Shown: positions 37,829-46,097 of the stretch, one piece after another
Position numbering within the stretch: position 1 is the stretch's first letter
Layout: each line of letters starts with the position of its first letter
Assembly (NCBI GenBank): GCA_029883105.1
Contig: JAOUJT010000001.1
Coordinates: forward strand, 3,035 to 67,034
Direction of reading: 5' to 3'
DNA from: Gammaproteobacteria bacterium
Lineage (GTDB): Bacteria; Pseudomonadota; Gammaproteobacteria; Thiohalospirales; Thiohalospiraceae
Length of the DNA: 64,000 nt
The notes under the pieces: generated by a model
What the model was told of the DNA's origin: nothing
The model's database searches: none
What the model saw: only the letters and a program-made list of their open reading frames with translations
Made by a program: the position numbers and the translations under genes

Positions 37829-37850
37829 TATAATAATCAGGAGATACTCG

Positions 37851-38135
37851 ATGAAATATTTAATTATAATAATAGCTCTACTAACAACCCCCGCGTTTGC
37901 CTGTAATTCTCATGATACTAATGGGTATATATGGATTGGGGCTGGACTTCATGACAGTCCACACGATGTAGCATTTGGAAAAGAGATAGCAGAGTGGGGT
38001 GTGAGCTTCAATTTACACCAGATCAGTCCTATCAACAGCCTCCGTTTCATCCTTAAGCACGATTCAGGGATATGGACGAGGGAGAGAGACTATGGCTACA
38101 ACACTGCAACCTTCAGGCTACAAGCTAACTTCTAA
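37851..38135 (+). CDS. small secreted protein or lipoprotein (94 aa)
   Basis: CAGGAG RBS. Signal sequence MKYLIIIIALLTTPAFA|C. Ends in ...TATFRLQANF (C-terminal Phe). HDSG segment present. Confidence 0.55.
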   Translation: MKYLIIIIALLTTPAFACNSHDTNGYIWIGAGLHDSPHDVAFGKEIAEWGVSFNLHQISPINSLRFILKHDSGIWTRERDYGYNTATFRLQANF

Positions 38136-38683
38136 TGAAACTTTCAGAAATATCACGTAAAAAGTCACTGGCACGGATCGTCAGTGGCTTCATGAACATG
38201 GATGTTCCCGTAAAGGAGCGTATAGAGTCTCTTGAGAGATACCTATGCACTCTCCCTCAACAAGAAGCACCAGTTGAAGAACTCTGGGGCAAAGATGTAT
38301 ATGTTCGGGAACTTATAATCCCTGCAGGTTCTTTTGTAATAGGGCGTATTCACAAATATGATCATGTAAGTATTATGATCGAAGGCGAACTTTTAATGTG
38401 GACAGAATTCGACGAGACAATACACTTAAGTGGCTACAATAAAGTCATTGCAAAAGCAGGTATTAAACGAGTCGGTTATGTTCTACAAGAAACGAAATGG
38501 ATTACCGCTCACGGTGTCACCGAGACAGACAACTTTAAAAACCCCGTCGAGGCTTTAACCGTTGCAACATATGGAGAGTATAGCACATTCAAGGATGCTG
38601 AGATGGTATGCATCGAGGGCAACTCCATAGAACAAAACCTGAGTCTGCCGGTGTCAAAATCGGTCTCCAGAACGCCAGACTAG
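38135..38683 (+). CDS. hypothetical protein (possible cupin-like beta-barrel)
   Basis: 182 aa, start overlaps the previous stop. Beta-rich segment VYVRELIIPAGSFVIGRIHKYDHVSIMIEGELLMW. Confidence 0.45.
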   Translation: MKLSEISRKKSLARIVSGFMNMDVPVKERIESLERYLCTLPQQEAPVEELWGKDVYVRELIIPAGSFVIGRIHKYDHVSIMIEGELLMWTEFDETIHLSGYNKVIAKAGIKRVGYVLQETKWITAHGVTETDNFKNPVEALTVATYGEYSTFKDAEMVCIEGNSIEQNLSLPVSKSVSRTPD

Positions 38684-38810
38684 CACCACGATCTCAGGGT
38701 CACCCTTATGGGAGTGTGCCTGAAAAAACGACAGCAGAGACGGCCAGTCTGGAAGCCGTCCTCAAAAAATCCTTTAGAATCAAGGGGTTAGGGCGGTCGT
38801 CACCTCAGAC

Positions 38811-38825
38811 CCCGTTAAATTATCC
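38811..38825 (+). promoter_or_regulatory. class-1 conserved motif, variant CCCGTTAAATTATCC
   Basis: 14/15 match to the 1034 and 17594 copies, with the flanking C and CTG also shared with 17593-17611. Lies 170 nt upstream of the holin gene. Confidence 0.45.
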
Positions 38826-38994
38826 CTGTAGGCTCCCCCGTAATGTAGTATTTATAACTCCCTATCACCACTGTTGTAAATCTATAACAATAAAGGATTA
38901 AAGAATAGAATAAGGATATCCCCTCAAGACCTTCTCTAAAGAGGTCACTCAATAGTCCCTAGGGCTAACTAAAATATAAATAAAGAGGTATATC

Positions 38995-39531
38995 ATGGTT
39001 CCAATTGTAGCAGGTCTTCTAAAAGGAGGACTCTCGCTTGTCGCAAATGCATTTCTTGCAAAAGGTAAGGAATGGGTCGAAGAGAAAGCGGGTATCACTC
39101 TCGATCCTAAAGAACCACTCTCAGAAGAGCAGTTGGTTGCTCTACGAAAGTTTGAGATGGATAATGAAGTGGAATTGCGTAAGCTACAAATTGAAGATAA
39201 TCGTCTCGCAAAAGAAATCGACGAGATGTATCTAAAAGACACTCAGAGCGCACGTCAAATGCAGATGACGGCGTTAGAACAAGACGACGTATTCGCTAAG
39301 CGTTTCGTTTATTACTTTGCATCTTTTTGGTCACTAGGCGCTGCTATATACATTGCAGCTATAACTTTTATGGCAATCCCAGAGGCAAATACTCGCTTTG
39401 CTGACACAATATTGGGCTTTCTCTTGGGTACAATTGTCGCCCAGATCATCTCATACTTCTATGGTTCTAGCAAATCATCACAGAATAAGGATAAACTGAA
39501 AGATGAGATGCTGAAGAAGGTATTGAAATGA
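38995..39531 (+). CDS. holin (3-TM, GTA-type holin-like)
   Basis: N-terminal hydrophobic helix, central charged coiled coil, and two C-terminal TM segments. Start of the endolysin gene overlaps its stop. Confidence 0.55.
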   Translation: MVPIVAGLLKGGLSLVANAFLAKGKEWVEEKAGITLDPKEPLSEEQLVALRKFEMDNEVELRKLQIEDNRLAKEIDEMYLKDTQSARQMQMTALEQDDVFAKRFVYYFASFWSLGAAIYIAAITFMAIPEANTRFADTILGFLLGTIVAQIISYFYGSSKSSQNKDKLKDEMLKKVLK

Positions 39532-39857
39532 GGCTTGGTCAACACCAGGAAGCATTTTTCAGAGACCTCCTCAAACTGGGTATCCACGCATTATCCCTGG
39601 GATATGAGATACGTGGCGGCGAATTACAACGCCCAATAGAGATGCAAGAGCTCTATATTAAGATGGGACGCTCTAAGACGATGCGGAGTGAGCATCTCAA
39701 CAAGTGTGCGATAGATCTTTATTTCACGAAGAAAGGTAAGCTTGTGTATCCCGAGGAACTCGGACGATACTGGGAGAGCCTTGACACTCGAAATTCAGCA
39801 GGGATGTTCTGGAAGTCTTTCAAAGACGGACCTCATTATCAACGTTCAACCCGATAG
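39528..39857 (+). CDS. endolysin, M15-family zinc peptidase (L-alanyl-D-glutamate / VanY-like)
   Basis: SEHLNKCAID (H-x6-D zinc ligands) and distal DGPHYQ (third His). 109 aa. Confidence 0.7.
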   Translation: MRLGQHQEAFFRDLLKLGIHALSLGYEIRGGELQRPIEMQELYIKMGRSKTMRSEHLNKCAIDLYFTKKGKLVYPEELGRYWESLDTRNSAGMFWKSFKDGPHYQRSTR

Positions 39858-39899
39858 TACCGATGACCCCTTATGTTCTTAGGAATATAGGGGGTTTAA

Positions 39900-39944
39900 A
39901 ACTGCGCAAAAATGGGTATCTTATATGAATAGGAATAATCCTAT
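39900..39944 (+). promoter_or_regulatory. class-3 conserved element, copy 2
   Basis: AACTGCGCAAAAATGGGTATCTTATATGAATAGGAATAATCCTAT. 65/71 nt identical to copy 3 when counted through the start codon. Confidence 0.55.
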
Positions 39945-39965
39945 CACAACAACTGAGGTAATATT

Positions 39966-40277
39966 ATGAACAAGCAATTTGCAGAAATGATCGAAAAAAG
40001 TCTTTCAGGTTTTAGTAAGTACGGTTTGGAGGCGTTGGCAAAACGTAAGCTGACGGCTTCGGATATCCTTGCGAGAGCTACAAAACGGGTTGTCTCACGG
40101 GAAGATGAAGAGTATTACGTTCTTGTACGTAGTCCTACGAACGACCAGATAAAAGCCCGTATTACTGACCGCACACGGGTAGGTGATTTGGAAGGTATAA
40201 TCGATGGTCTGCTGGACCGACTTAATGACAGTATGGAAACTGACATCCACGGCAAGAAGCCAAAAGCTAAAGCCTAG
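39966..40277 (+). CDS. hypothetical protein (103 aa)
   Basis: GAGGTAA RBS supplied by the conserved cassette. Followed by the hairpin TACGGGG-N8-CCCCGTA (40292-40313). Confidence 0.6.
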   Translation: MNKQFAEMIEKSLSGFSKYGLEALAKRKLTASDILARATKRVVSREDEEYYVLVRSPTNDQIKARITDRTRVGDLEGIIDGLLDRLNDSMETDIHGKKPKAKA

Positions 40278-40315
40278 TAATTGCTCTACTGTACGGGGTG
40301 TAAAAACCCCGTATG

Positions 40316-40360
40316 AACTGCGCAAAAACAGGTATCTTATATGAATAGGAATAATCCTAT
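40316..40360 (+). promoter_or_regulatory. class-3 conserved element, copy 3
   Basis: AACTGCGCAAAAACAGGTATCTTATATGAATAGGAATAATCCTAT, with the same spacing to the start codon as copy 2. Confidence 0.55.
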
Positions 40361-40381
40361 CACAACAAACGAGGTAACACT

Positions 40382-40672
40382 ATGAAAAATCAAGAAGTAT
40401 TAAAGAAAATCCCAGAAGCCATCCTTTGGTATTTAAAGACAATGCTCGTAAATATGCTGATGCTTTTATGCGGAATCTTTCTTGTGTATGAAATTCAGCT
40501 TTTGATCCTCTATCCGATCTTAATTGCACAAGCTTTTATGTATGCTGCTTTCTTCGCAGCTATAATGACTGCTGGTCAATATATAGCTGCTAGTGTATAT
40601 GAGTGGGTCAGCCGCTGTAAATATGATCGTGAGCATGGTATCATCAACGGCAAATGCCAGGCGGCTGTCTAA
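40382..40672 (+). CDS. membrane protein (96 aa, multi-TM)
   Basis: Hydrophobic segments LVNMLMLLCGIFLVY, LILYPILIAQAFMYAAFFAAIMTAG. Confidence 0.55.
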   Translation: MKNQEVLKKIPEAILWYLKTMLVNMLMLLCGIFLVYEIQLLILYPILIAQAFMYAAFFAAIMTAGQYIAASVYEWVSRCKYDREHGIINGKCQAAV

Positions 40673-40839
40673 TGTTTAGTCTAGCAACGATCGCATTGAT
40701 AGTGAGCGGTATAAGTCTTATCACATCAGTCTTTGTAGTCCCTTATGTGATTGTTTCTTTCTTTATTAAGCTTGTACTTATTGCCATGGTCTTCGGGCTG
40801 GTGATGTATGCTATTAAGAGAGCTTTCGCAAACAGGTAA
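40672..40839 (+). CDS. small membrane protein (55 aa, 2 TM)
   Basis: TAATG overlap with the previous gene. Sequence MFSLATIALIVSGISLITSVFVVPYVIVSFFIKLVLIAMVFGLVMYAI. Confidence 0.5.
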   Translation: MFSLATIALIVSGISLITSVFVVPYVIVSFFIKLVLIAMVFGLVMYAIKRAFANR

Positions 40840-40870
40840 TCAACAAATCTTTTTTCGAAGGAGGAAAGGT

Positions 40871-41275
40871 ATGTCATCAACAATTGTAGCAATCCCAGGG
40901 TACTTCTGTATAAGTGATAAATATCCAACATCTCTGGGAAATATCAACTTGAGCTTCGAACACTATGCAGAAGGTGTTCAGCGGCTCGATTTAGCAGGGC
41001 TTGAACCTGTAGAAGTGACGTCGATTTGGAATCATGAAAAGAAACCAATGAGACGCCGGTGGGGTGGATTTGTATTCAACCTTCAAGTCTTTGGTGTGAT
41101 TGATACAAAGGCGAAATCAAAAGAGAAACCTGCGTCAAAACAGGGGAATCAAAAGACGGAACAAACGAAAACAACAAAAGGGTCTCTTATCCCATTCTTT
41201 GTGGAAAAAAGAATATATGATTATATCGTACAACAAACCAACTATGCGAGACCTGCGGATGTAATAAGATTATAG
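40871..41275 (+). CDS. hypothetical protein (134 aa)
   Basis: ATG at 40871 after AGGAGGAAAGGT. The track start at 40808 overlaps the upstream gene. Confidence 0.55.
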   Translation: MSSTIVAIPGYFCISDKYPTSLGNINLSFEHYAEGVQRLDLAGLEPVEVTSIWNHEKKPMRRRWGGFVFNLQVFGVIDTKAKSKEKPASKQGNQKTEQTKTTKGSLIPFFVEKRIYDYIVQQTNYARPADVIRL

Positions 41276-41332
41276 CTGCTACCCCATATGACACCTTCGG
41301 GTGTTGTATGGGGGCGTGTAGCTTTATTTTTT
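41274..41332 (+). terminator. strong rho-independent terminator
   Basis: CCCCATATGACACC-TTCG-GGTGTTGTATGGGG 14-bp stem with G-U pairs, an outer AGCT/AGCT extension, then TTATTTTTT. Confidence 0.85.
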
Positions 41333-41346
41333 CTTCCGGAGGAACA

Positions 41347-41481
41347 ATGGCTTCAACAAAGCTCAAAATCGTTCACTATGTTTTAATATTTAGTGTATTA
41401 GCCTTATTTTCAAAGCTGCGCCCTGAGACAATGCTTGTCGGTGCAATCGCGATCTACCTCTATCAGAAGGTAACTTCATGA
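41347..41481 (+). CDS. small membrane protein (44 aa, below ORF-track cutoff)
   Basis: GGAGGA RBS 5 nt upstream. Sequence MASTKLKIVHYVLIFSVLALFSKLRPETMLVGAIAIYLYQKVTS. Confidence 0.5.
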   Translation: MASTKLKIVHYVLIFSVLALFSKLRPETMLVGAIAIYLYQKVTS

Positions 41482-41547
41482 TAAAATTTATAGTGGGTCT
41501 ATATTTGATATCGTTAATCCCAAAGGTTATTGAGAAAATTGAAAGCT

Positions 41548-43803
41548 ATGATAAAACAAAAGATAATTCTGACAACAACAAAAAGGATAGCAAAGGAAAT
41601 TGCACCACAAAACCCCCTAATATATCTAAAAGAACATGATGTCGAAAAGTATATTAATGAATTAATCTCGACAGTCTATCTGTTCACACGCCCTAAGAAG
41701 GGTTCATCGGACCCTCTCTATATGGTTGAAATTATATCGGCTATCGGACATCGGGTCAGAGGAAAGTTAGGACTTAGAAAAGACTCAGCGTTAGCAGCTA
41801 AAACAGGAGCGTTTCTTTTATATACATTCGAAGTACTTAATATCATCCATGTTATCCTTGGAGCTGGTAGACGTGGACATAATGCGTACATTGTAGATGT
41901 TTTGGACGATGCTACGATAAATGAACTATGGAAGGAGCTAGGTGACCGCGAGATCGAGAAGTTACCTGCGCTACAGCCGCATCAGGATTGGAAGCATTCA
42001 AGGCATCCTACAGGAATGCTTATGGTAAAAACAGGATGTAAAGAGACACTTGAATCACTAACACCTCAAACACATCCTATCGTCTTCAACGTCCTGAACA
42101 GAGCTCAACAAGTAGGTTGGCGAATAAATACGGAGATTCATCACTTACAACAATGGGCACTAAAGTACAAAACAGTCGCCTTTGCAGATATATGGGAACA
42201 ACAAAACCCTGAAGCGCGTGCTACAAAATTAAGAGAGGCTCGATCTATTGACTCGATTGCGAGTAAATACCTAGGGACAACCTTCTATCATCTCTATTAC
42301 TATGACTTCAGAGGTCGTAAGTATGCAGCCACTGCTTATCTACACGAACAAGGAAGTGATGTAGCGAAAGGTCTCTTGCTCAGAGATGATAAGAAGCGAA
42401 TAGGAAAAGAAGGATTTTTCTGGCTACTTGTGAGTATCGCCTCTAACTGGGGCGGTGAGAGTGGTCGTGAAGATGGATTGAAAACAGATAAAATACCTCT
42501 TGAAGAAAGGTATCAATGGGCGCTCGCAAATGAGGATATTTTATTGTCCTACGCGAAATCACCTAAAGTGAATCAGGGATGGATGAAAGCTGATAAGCCC
42601 TGGCAATTTATAGCAGCGTGTTTTGAGCTAAGGTCTTGTTACCGATGGGCTAAGTATGACCATACTAAGCATGATCACCTAAAGGAGGAAATCTATGAAT
42701 ATGAGTCTCATCTTGAGTGCTTTATTGATGGTAGTAACAATGGCTCTCAGCATCTATGTGCGCTTACACGCGACGAAGTTACGGCTCCTCACGTTAATCT
42801 TGTGCCACTTGATTATCCTGGGGACCTCTATAAATATGTTGCAGATCATGTTTGGGACAGCTTAGAGGCTCAAGTTAATCTCCTGACAGAAGCTGAAGTT
42901 GAAATTTGTGAAAAGTTCATAGATGATCTGGTCGTGCACAAAAAGCGAATAAACAGTGCGCCCCGTGGTAGCGAAATCAAAAGGCTCCTTGTGGATAAGA
43001 TACGAAAGTTTAAGGAGGAACATGGACTTTTAATGGTGCTTGTAGCTCCTGTATTTTGGTTTAGAATCCAGGATGCTAAGGAGAAACGTAAGATTGTGAA
43101 GAGAAACACAATGACGCTTCCCTATGGCGGAACACCCTATGGACTTGGACAACAGATCATTGATGATGCTAAGAAACATGGGATTGAACAACTCCTATAT
43201 ATGGAACATAGCTGGGGCGCTTTCTTAGGAAGAGAAGTATTTAAAAACTGCCAGGAAGCTCTTAAACGACCTATGCAACTCCTTGATATCTTTGAGAAGG
43301 CAGGGAAGCTAGCAGAAGCCGAAGAGAGATTCTTAAAATGGACTGTACCAATAACAAACTTCCCGGTAGTGCAGCACTACACGGAAGGTCGTGTGAAGAA
43401 GATATGGGTTCAGTACGGACCGCCTAAAGGAACCAGAAATTCAACAGGTTACTTTACAAACACCTTACAATTGCATATTTGCTTTGTAGAAGATCCACAA
43501 CCATCGAAGCGCAAACAAGCACAGGGAGCTTCTCCTAATGCCATTCACAGCCTAGATGCAGCACACTTAATGCTTACAGTAGATGAGGCACCTTTTCCAA
43601 TAACAACTGTTCATGATTCTTTTGGATGTTTGTTAGCTGATATGCCTGAACTGTACAAACTAATACGTGAAACATTCGTAGAACTCCATGAGGTCAATCC
43701 ACTCTATTCATTGTTTGAACAGATAGGAGGCGACATCTCAGACGTTGATCTGGGGAATCTTGATATCAATTTGATACTTGATTCAGAATATTGTTTTTCA
43801 TAG
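41548..43803 (+). CDS. T7-like single-subunit DNA-dependent RNA polymerase
   Basis: YYDFRGRKY...EQGSDVAKGLL (42304-), motif A IDGSNNGSQH (42727-), motif B KRNTMTLPYGG (43099-), motif C TVHDSFG (43609-43626). ATG at 41548 preferred; TTG at 41530 is possible. Confidence 0.9.
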   Translation: MIKQKIILTTTKRIAKEIAPQNPLIYLKEHDVEKYINELISTVYLFTRPKKGSSDPLYMVEIISAIGHRVRGKLGLRKDSALAAKTGAFLLYTFEVLNIIHVILGAGRRGHNAYIVDVLDDATINELWKELGDREIEKLPALQPHQDWKHSRHPTGMLMVKTGCKETLESLTPQTHPIVFNVLNRAQQVGWRINTEIHHLQQWALKYKTVAFADIWEQQNPEARATKLREARSIDSIASKYLGTTFYHLYYYDFRGRKYAATAYLHEQGSDVAKGLLLRDDKKRIGKEGFFWLLVSIASNWGGESGREDGLKTDKIPLEERYQWALANEDILLSYAKSPKVNQGWMKADKPWQFIAACFELRSCYRWAKYDHTKHDHLKEEIYEYESHLECFIDGSNNGSQHLCALTRDEVTAPHVNLVPLDYPGDLYKYVADHVWDSLEAQVNLLTEAEVEICEKFIDDLVVHKKRINSAPRGSEIKRLLVDKIRKFKEEHGLLMVLVAPVFWFRIQDAKEKRKIVKRNTMTLPYGGTPYGLGQQIIDDAKKHGIEQLLYMEHSWGAFLGREVFKNCQEALKRPMQLLDIFEKAGKLAEAEERFLKWTVPITNFPVVQHYTEGRVKKIWVQYGPPKGTRNSTGYFTNTLQLHICFVEDPQPSKRKQAQGASPNAIHSLDAAHLMLTVDEAPFPITTVHDSFGCLLADMPELYKLIRETFVELHEVNPLYSLFEQIGGDISDVDLGNLDINLILDSEYCFS

Positions 43804-43815
43804 GAAACGTAACGA

Positions 43816-44460
43816 ATGAAGCAAATCAAACACACGCGTGAATTAAACAAAGAGGAGCTAGGACCTCTATATGACTATATCCTAGGGCTGAATGAACAGC
43901 TGCCTCTGGATATTGAGCTTGGACTTTATATCGAAATGGATCAATACCTGGGAGGCGACCTGTTTATTGTCGACAACGTTCGAGACTTTCGTCTGATAGG
44001 TGCCGCAGGTCTGGTAGATAGTCTGGATTTCTTAACCGAACCAAATCTTGCAACTGTGCCCCAGGCGTATGATCACGCAGAATATATCCTGGAAGGAGCC
44101 TACGCGGTCTTATGGGTTTTGTGCAATAATGCAGGAGGACCGAACTTTATTATCCCTCGTTACTTTGCGCAGATGGAACCTAATGTACATCGTTCAATAC
44201 GTCTCACTGAGAATTCATTGGCAGCTGACGTAGTCCCTGATAAAGAGACTGAAAGAGAAGTGATAGTTGAAAGTCACGAGGAGCCTTCTGACGAAGTTAT
44301 AGACTCTCGAAAAGAAAGAGCGATGGATGATGGACCTGATTATGAAGATGGACCTGAGTTTGAAGGATATGAAGAGCGTTGTGACAATGACGCATCTGAC
44401 CCTTTCGAAGGAATGAGCGATAGAAACGAAGAGGATCAAAAGACTGATCCCGAACTATAA
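43816..44460 (+). CDS. hypothetical protein with highly acidic C-terminal third
   Basis: 214-aa ORF. C-terminal Asp/Glu-rich tail. Confidence 0.55.
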   Translation: MKQIKHTRELNKEELGPLYDYILGLNEQLPLDIELGLYIEMDQYLGGDLFIVDNVRDFRLIGAAGLVDSLDFLTEPNLATVPQAYDHAEYILEGAYAVLWVLCNNAGGPNFIIPRYFAQMEPNVHRSIRLTENSLAADVVPDKETEREVIVESHEEPSDEVIDSRKERAMDDGPDYEDGPEFEGYEERCDNDASDPFEGMSDRNEEDQKTDPEL

Positions 44461-44463
44461 GCA

Positions 44464-44673
44464 ATGATGCTGATAACACGAAAAGATCCATTCACCGGCG
44501 TAGTGAATGAGATGACACTTGATATTACTCGCAAACAATTGGACAGATGGGAGAAAGGAGGAGAACTGATACAGAATGTATTTCCAACTTTGTCCCCTGA
44601 TGAACGCGAATTTCTCATGACTGGAATAACACCAGATTCGTGGGATGAACACTTAGGTAATGATCAAGAATGA
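44464..44673 (+). CDS. conserved small phage protein
   Basis: 69 aa. FPTLSPDEREFLMTGITPDSWDE resembles a widely distributed small phage domain of unknown function. Confidence 0.55.
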   Translation: MMLITRKDPFTGVVNEMTLDITRKQLDRWEKGGELIQNVFPTLSPDEREFLMTGITPDSWDEHLGNDQE

Positions 44674-45284
44674 GTAGAACAATAATAGTAGAGAACTGTG
44701 AACTTTGGTACTGTAAACTGGACCCAAAGTTCCCCAATAAAAAGTTCAGCAAAAAGAATCCGGCTTGGGAAATACAAATCCGGACAAAAGTAAAAGAGGT
44801 CGCTGATTTATGGCGGGAATCAGACCTCCGCGTCAAAAGGATTATTCCTGAAGATGCTGATGAGAATCCAATCATTGAGGATGCTTATTGGCGTGTGAAT
44901 CTCAGGAAACGATCCATCAAGGCCGATGGAGACCCAGCAAATCCAGTGGATGTTGTCGATGGTAATCTAGACGAGATCGATGCAAGATCGTTAGGAAACG
45001 GTTCAGTCGGAAACCTTCGTATCTTTCAATATGAATACGAGAATGACGACGATGATAAAGGTATTGCAAACATGCTCATGGGTATCCAGGTAACAAAGCA
45101 TGTTGTGTACAAACCTAAAGAACAGGCGGCTTTTGGTCAAACTACGACTGAAGTCATAACGCCAGTTGAAGACCCAGATGAGAAAGAAAATCCCTGGGAT
45201 AGTTCTGACGATGAGTCAGAAGATGCTAAAGAAAAGAAACCTATTAAAGTGGGATCGAAAGACGATGAGACTAAAGACTTCTAA
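44670..45284 (+). CDS. single-stranded DNA-binding protein, T7 gp2.5-like
   Basis: Position next to the polymerase genes. Acidic C-terminal tail ending in Phe (...SKDDETKDF), as in gp2.5. 204 aa. Confidence 0.55.
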   Translation: MSRTIIVENCELWYCKLDPKFPNKKFSKKNPAWEIQIRTKVKEVADLWRESDLRVKRIIPEDADENPIIEDAYWRVNLRKRSIKADGDPANPVDVVDGNLDEIDARSLGNGSVGNLRIFQYEYENDDDDKGIANMLMGIQVTKHVVYKPKEQAAFGQTTTEVITPVEDPDEKENPWDSSDDESEDAKEKKPIKVGSKDDETKDF

Positions 45285-45343
45285 AGTCTAGCTCGTTATC
45301 TCGATGCCTGCTAAAATACATACTGTAAAATGCACCTAAAAGG

Positions 45344-45363
45344 CATGCCGGAATCGTAACCGG
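45344..45363 (+). promoter_or_regulatory. class-2 conserved motif (CATGCCGGAATCGTAACCGG)
   Basis: One of four intergenic copies of AT(G/C)CCGGA-N3/4-GTAACCG. Lies 38 nt upstream of the next start codon. Confidence 0.5.
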
Positions 45364-45400
45364 TAAATTTAATTAAATCAATTAAAGCAGGAAAATACGA

Positions 45401-45901
45401 ATGAGTGAATATAAAATATGCTTTATCAAGGGTGATGAAGTATTAAGAACTGTAAAGGCAACCTGTCTCGAAGGTATCAAAGCTTCAGATGTCCAGGGAA
45501 AGAAACGTGTCGAAGTCTACGAGACGGTATCAAGAAAAGAATATCATGTCGCAACCATCGTAGGATCGATTTCGTTGAATTTCTGGAAGTCAAAGTTGGC
45601 TACGCCAGACCTGCCGAGCGACGAAAAAGACAATCTAGCAATAAATCCTGGACATTACCAGGGATACATTGCCGATATGCAATGGTGGGAGACGGAGCAG
45701 TATCTTGCAAAGGATTTTCAAAGTGTCTCTCTCAATCAGGTACGTAAGTACATTGCGCGAGTCGGTAAGAAGGATGATGAGCTGCAGGAGCTTTTAAAGG
45801 CAAAATGGTATCTTGACTTCCAAATTGCGAAGATGATCAATAACAATGAACCTATTCGAGTTGCAGATGTCCAATCGCTGATTGCCAGCTATAAGGTATA
45901 A
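45401..45901 (+). CDS. DUF3310-like protein
   Basis: INPGHYQG...VRKYIARVGKKDD..ELLKAKWYLDFQI matches the NPxHY ... KY..R ... KA.WYL pattern of that family. Confidence 0.5.
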   Translation: MSEYKICFIKGDEVLRTVKATCLEGIKASDVQGKKRVEVYETVSRKEYHVATIVGSISLNFWKSKLATPDLPSDEKDNLAINPGHYQGYIADMQWWETEQYLAKDFQSVSLNQVRKYIARVGKKDDELQELLKAKWYLDFQIAKMINNNEPIRVADVQSLIASYKV

Positions 45902-45917
45902 CACCTAGGAGGCTGTG

Positions 45918-46097
45918 ATGATCAGTGACGACAGAAAAGCTTTTGAAGAATGGATACAGAAACCGCCTTATGAGGAAAATACTCCGAGATACACAGAAAA
46001 GGATAGCTGGCCTGGTCAATACCAGAGTATCAATGTGCAACTCGCATGGGAGGCTTGGCAAGCGGGTCAAAACTTAGGACATGCAGGAGAAAACTAA
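45918..46097 (+). CDS. hypothetical protein (59 aa)
   Basis: ATG at 45918, 5 nt after AGGAGG. TAATG overlap with the DNA polymerase start. Confidence 0.5.
   Translation: MISDDRKAFEEWIQKPPYEENTPRYTEKDSWPGQYQSINVQLAWEAWQAGQNLGHAGEN

Noticed and set aside
38608-38901. 97-aa + strand ORF spanning the gap after 38135-38683.
   Set aside because: It overlaps the end of the upstream gene in another frame, has no RBS, and runs across the class-1 motif and the AT-rich leader of the holin gene. Its Arg/Pro/Ser-rich composition looks non-coding.
41478-41640. Small ORF (MIKFIVGLYLISLIPKV...) overlapping the 41347 ORF stop and the RNAP gene start in another frame.
   Set aside because: It overlaps the 5' end of the RNAP gene by about 90 nt and has no RBS. 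Only the first ~15 residues look membrane-like. Not supportable without expression data.
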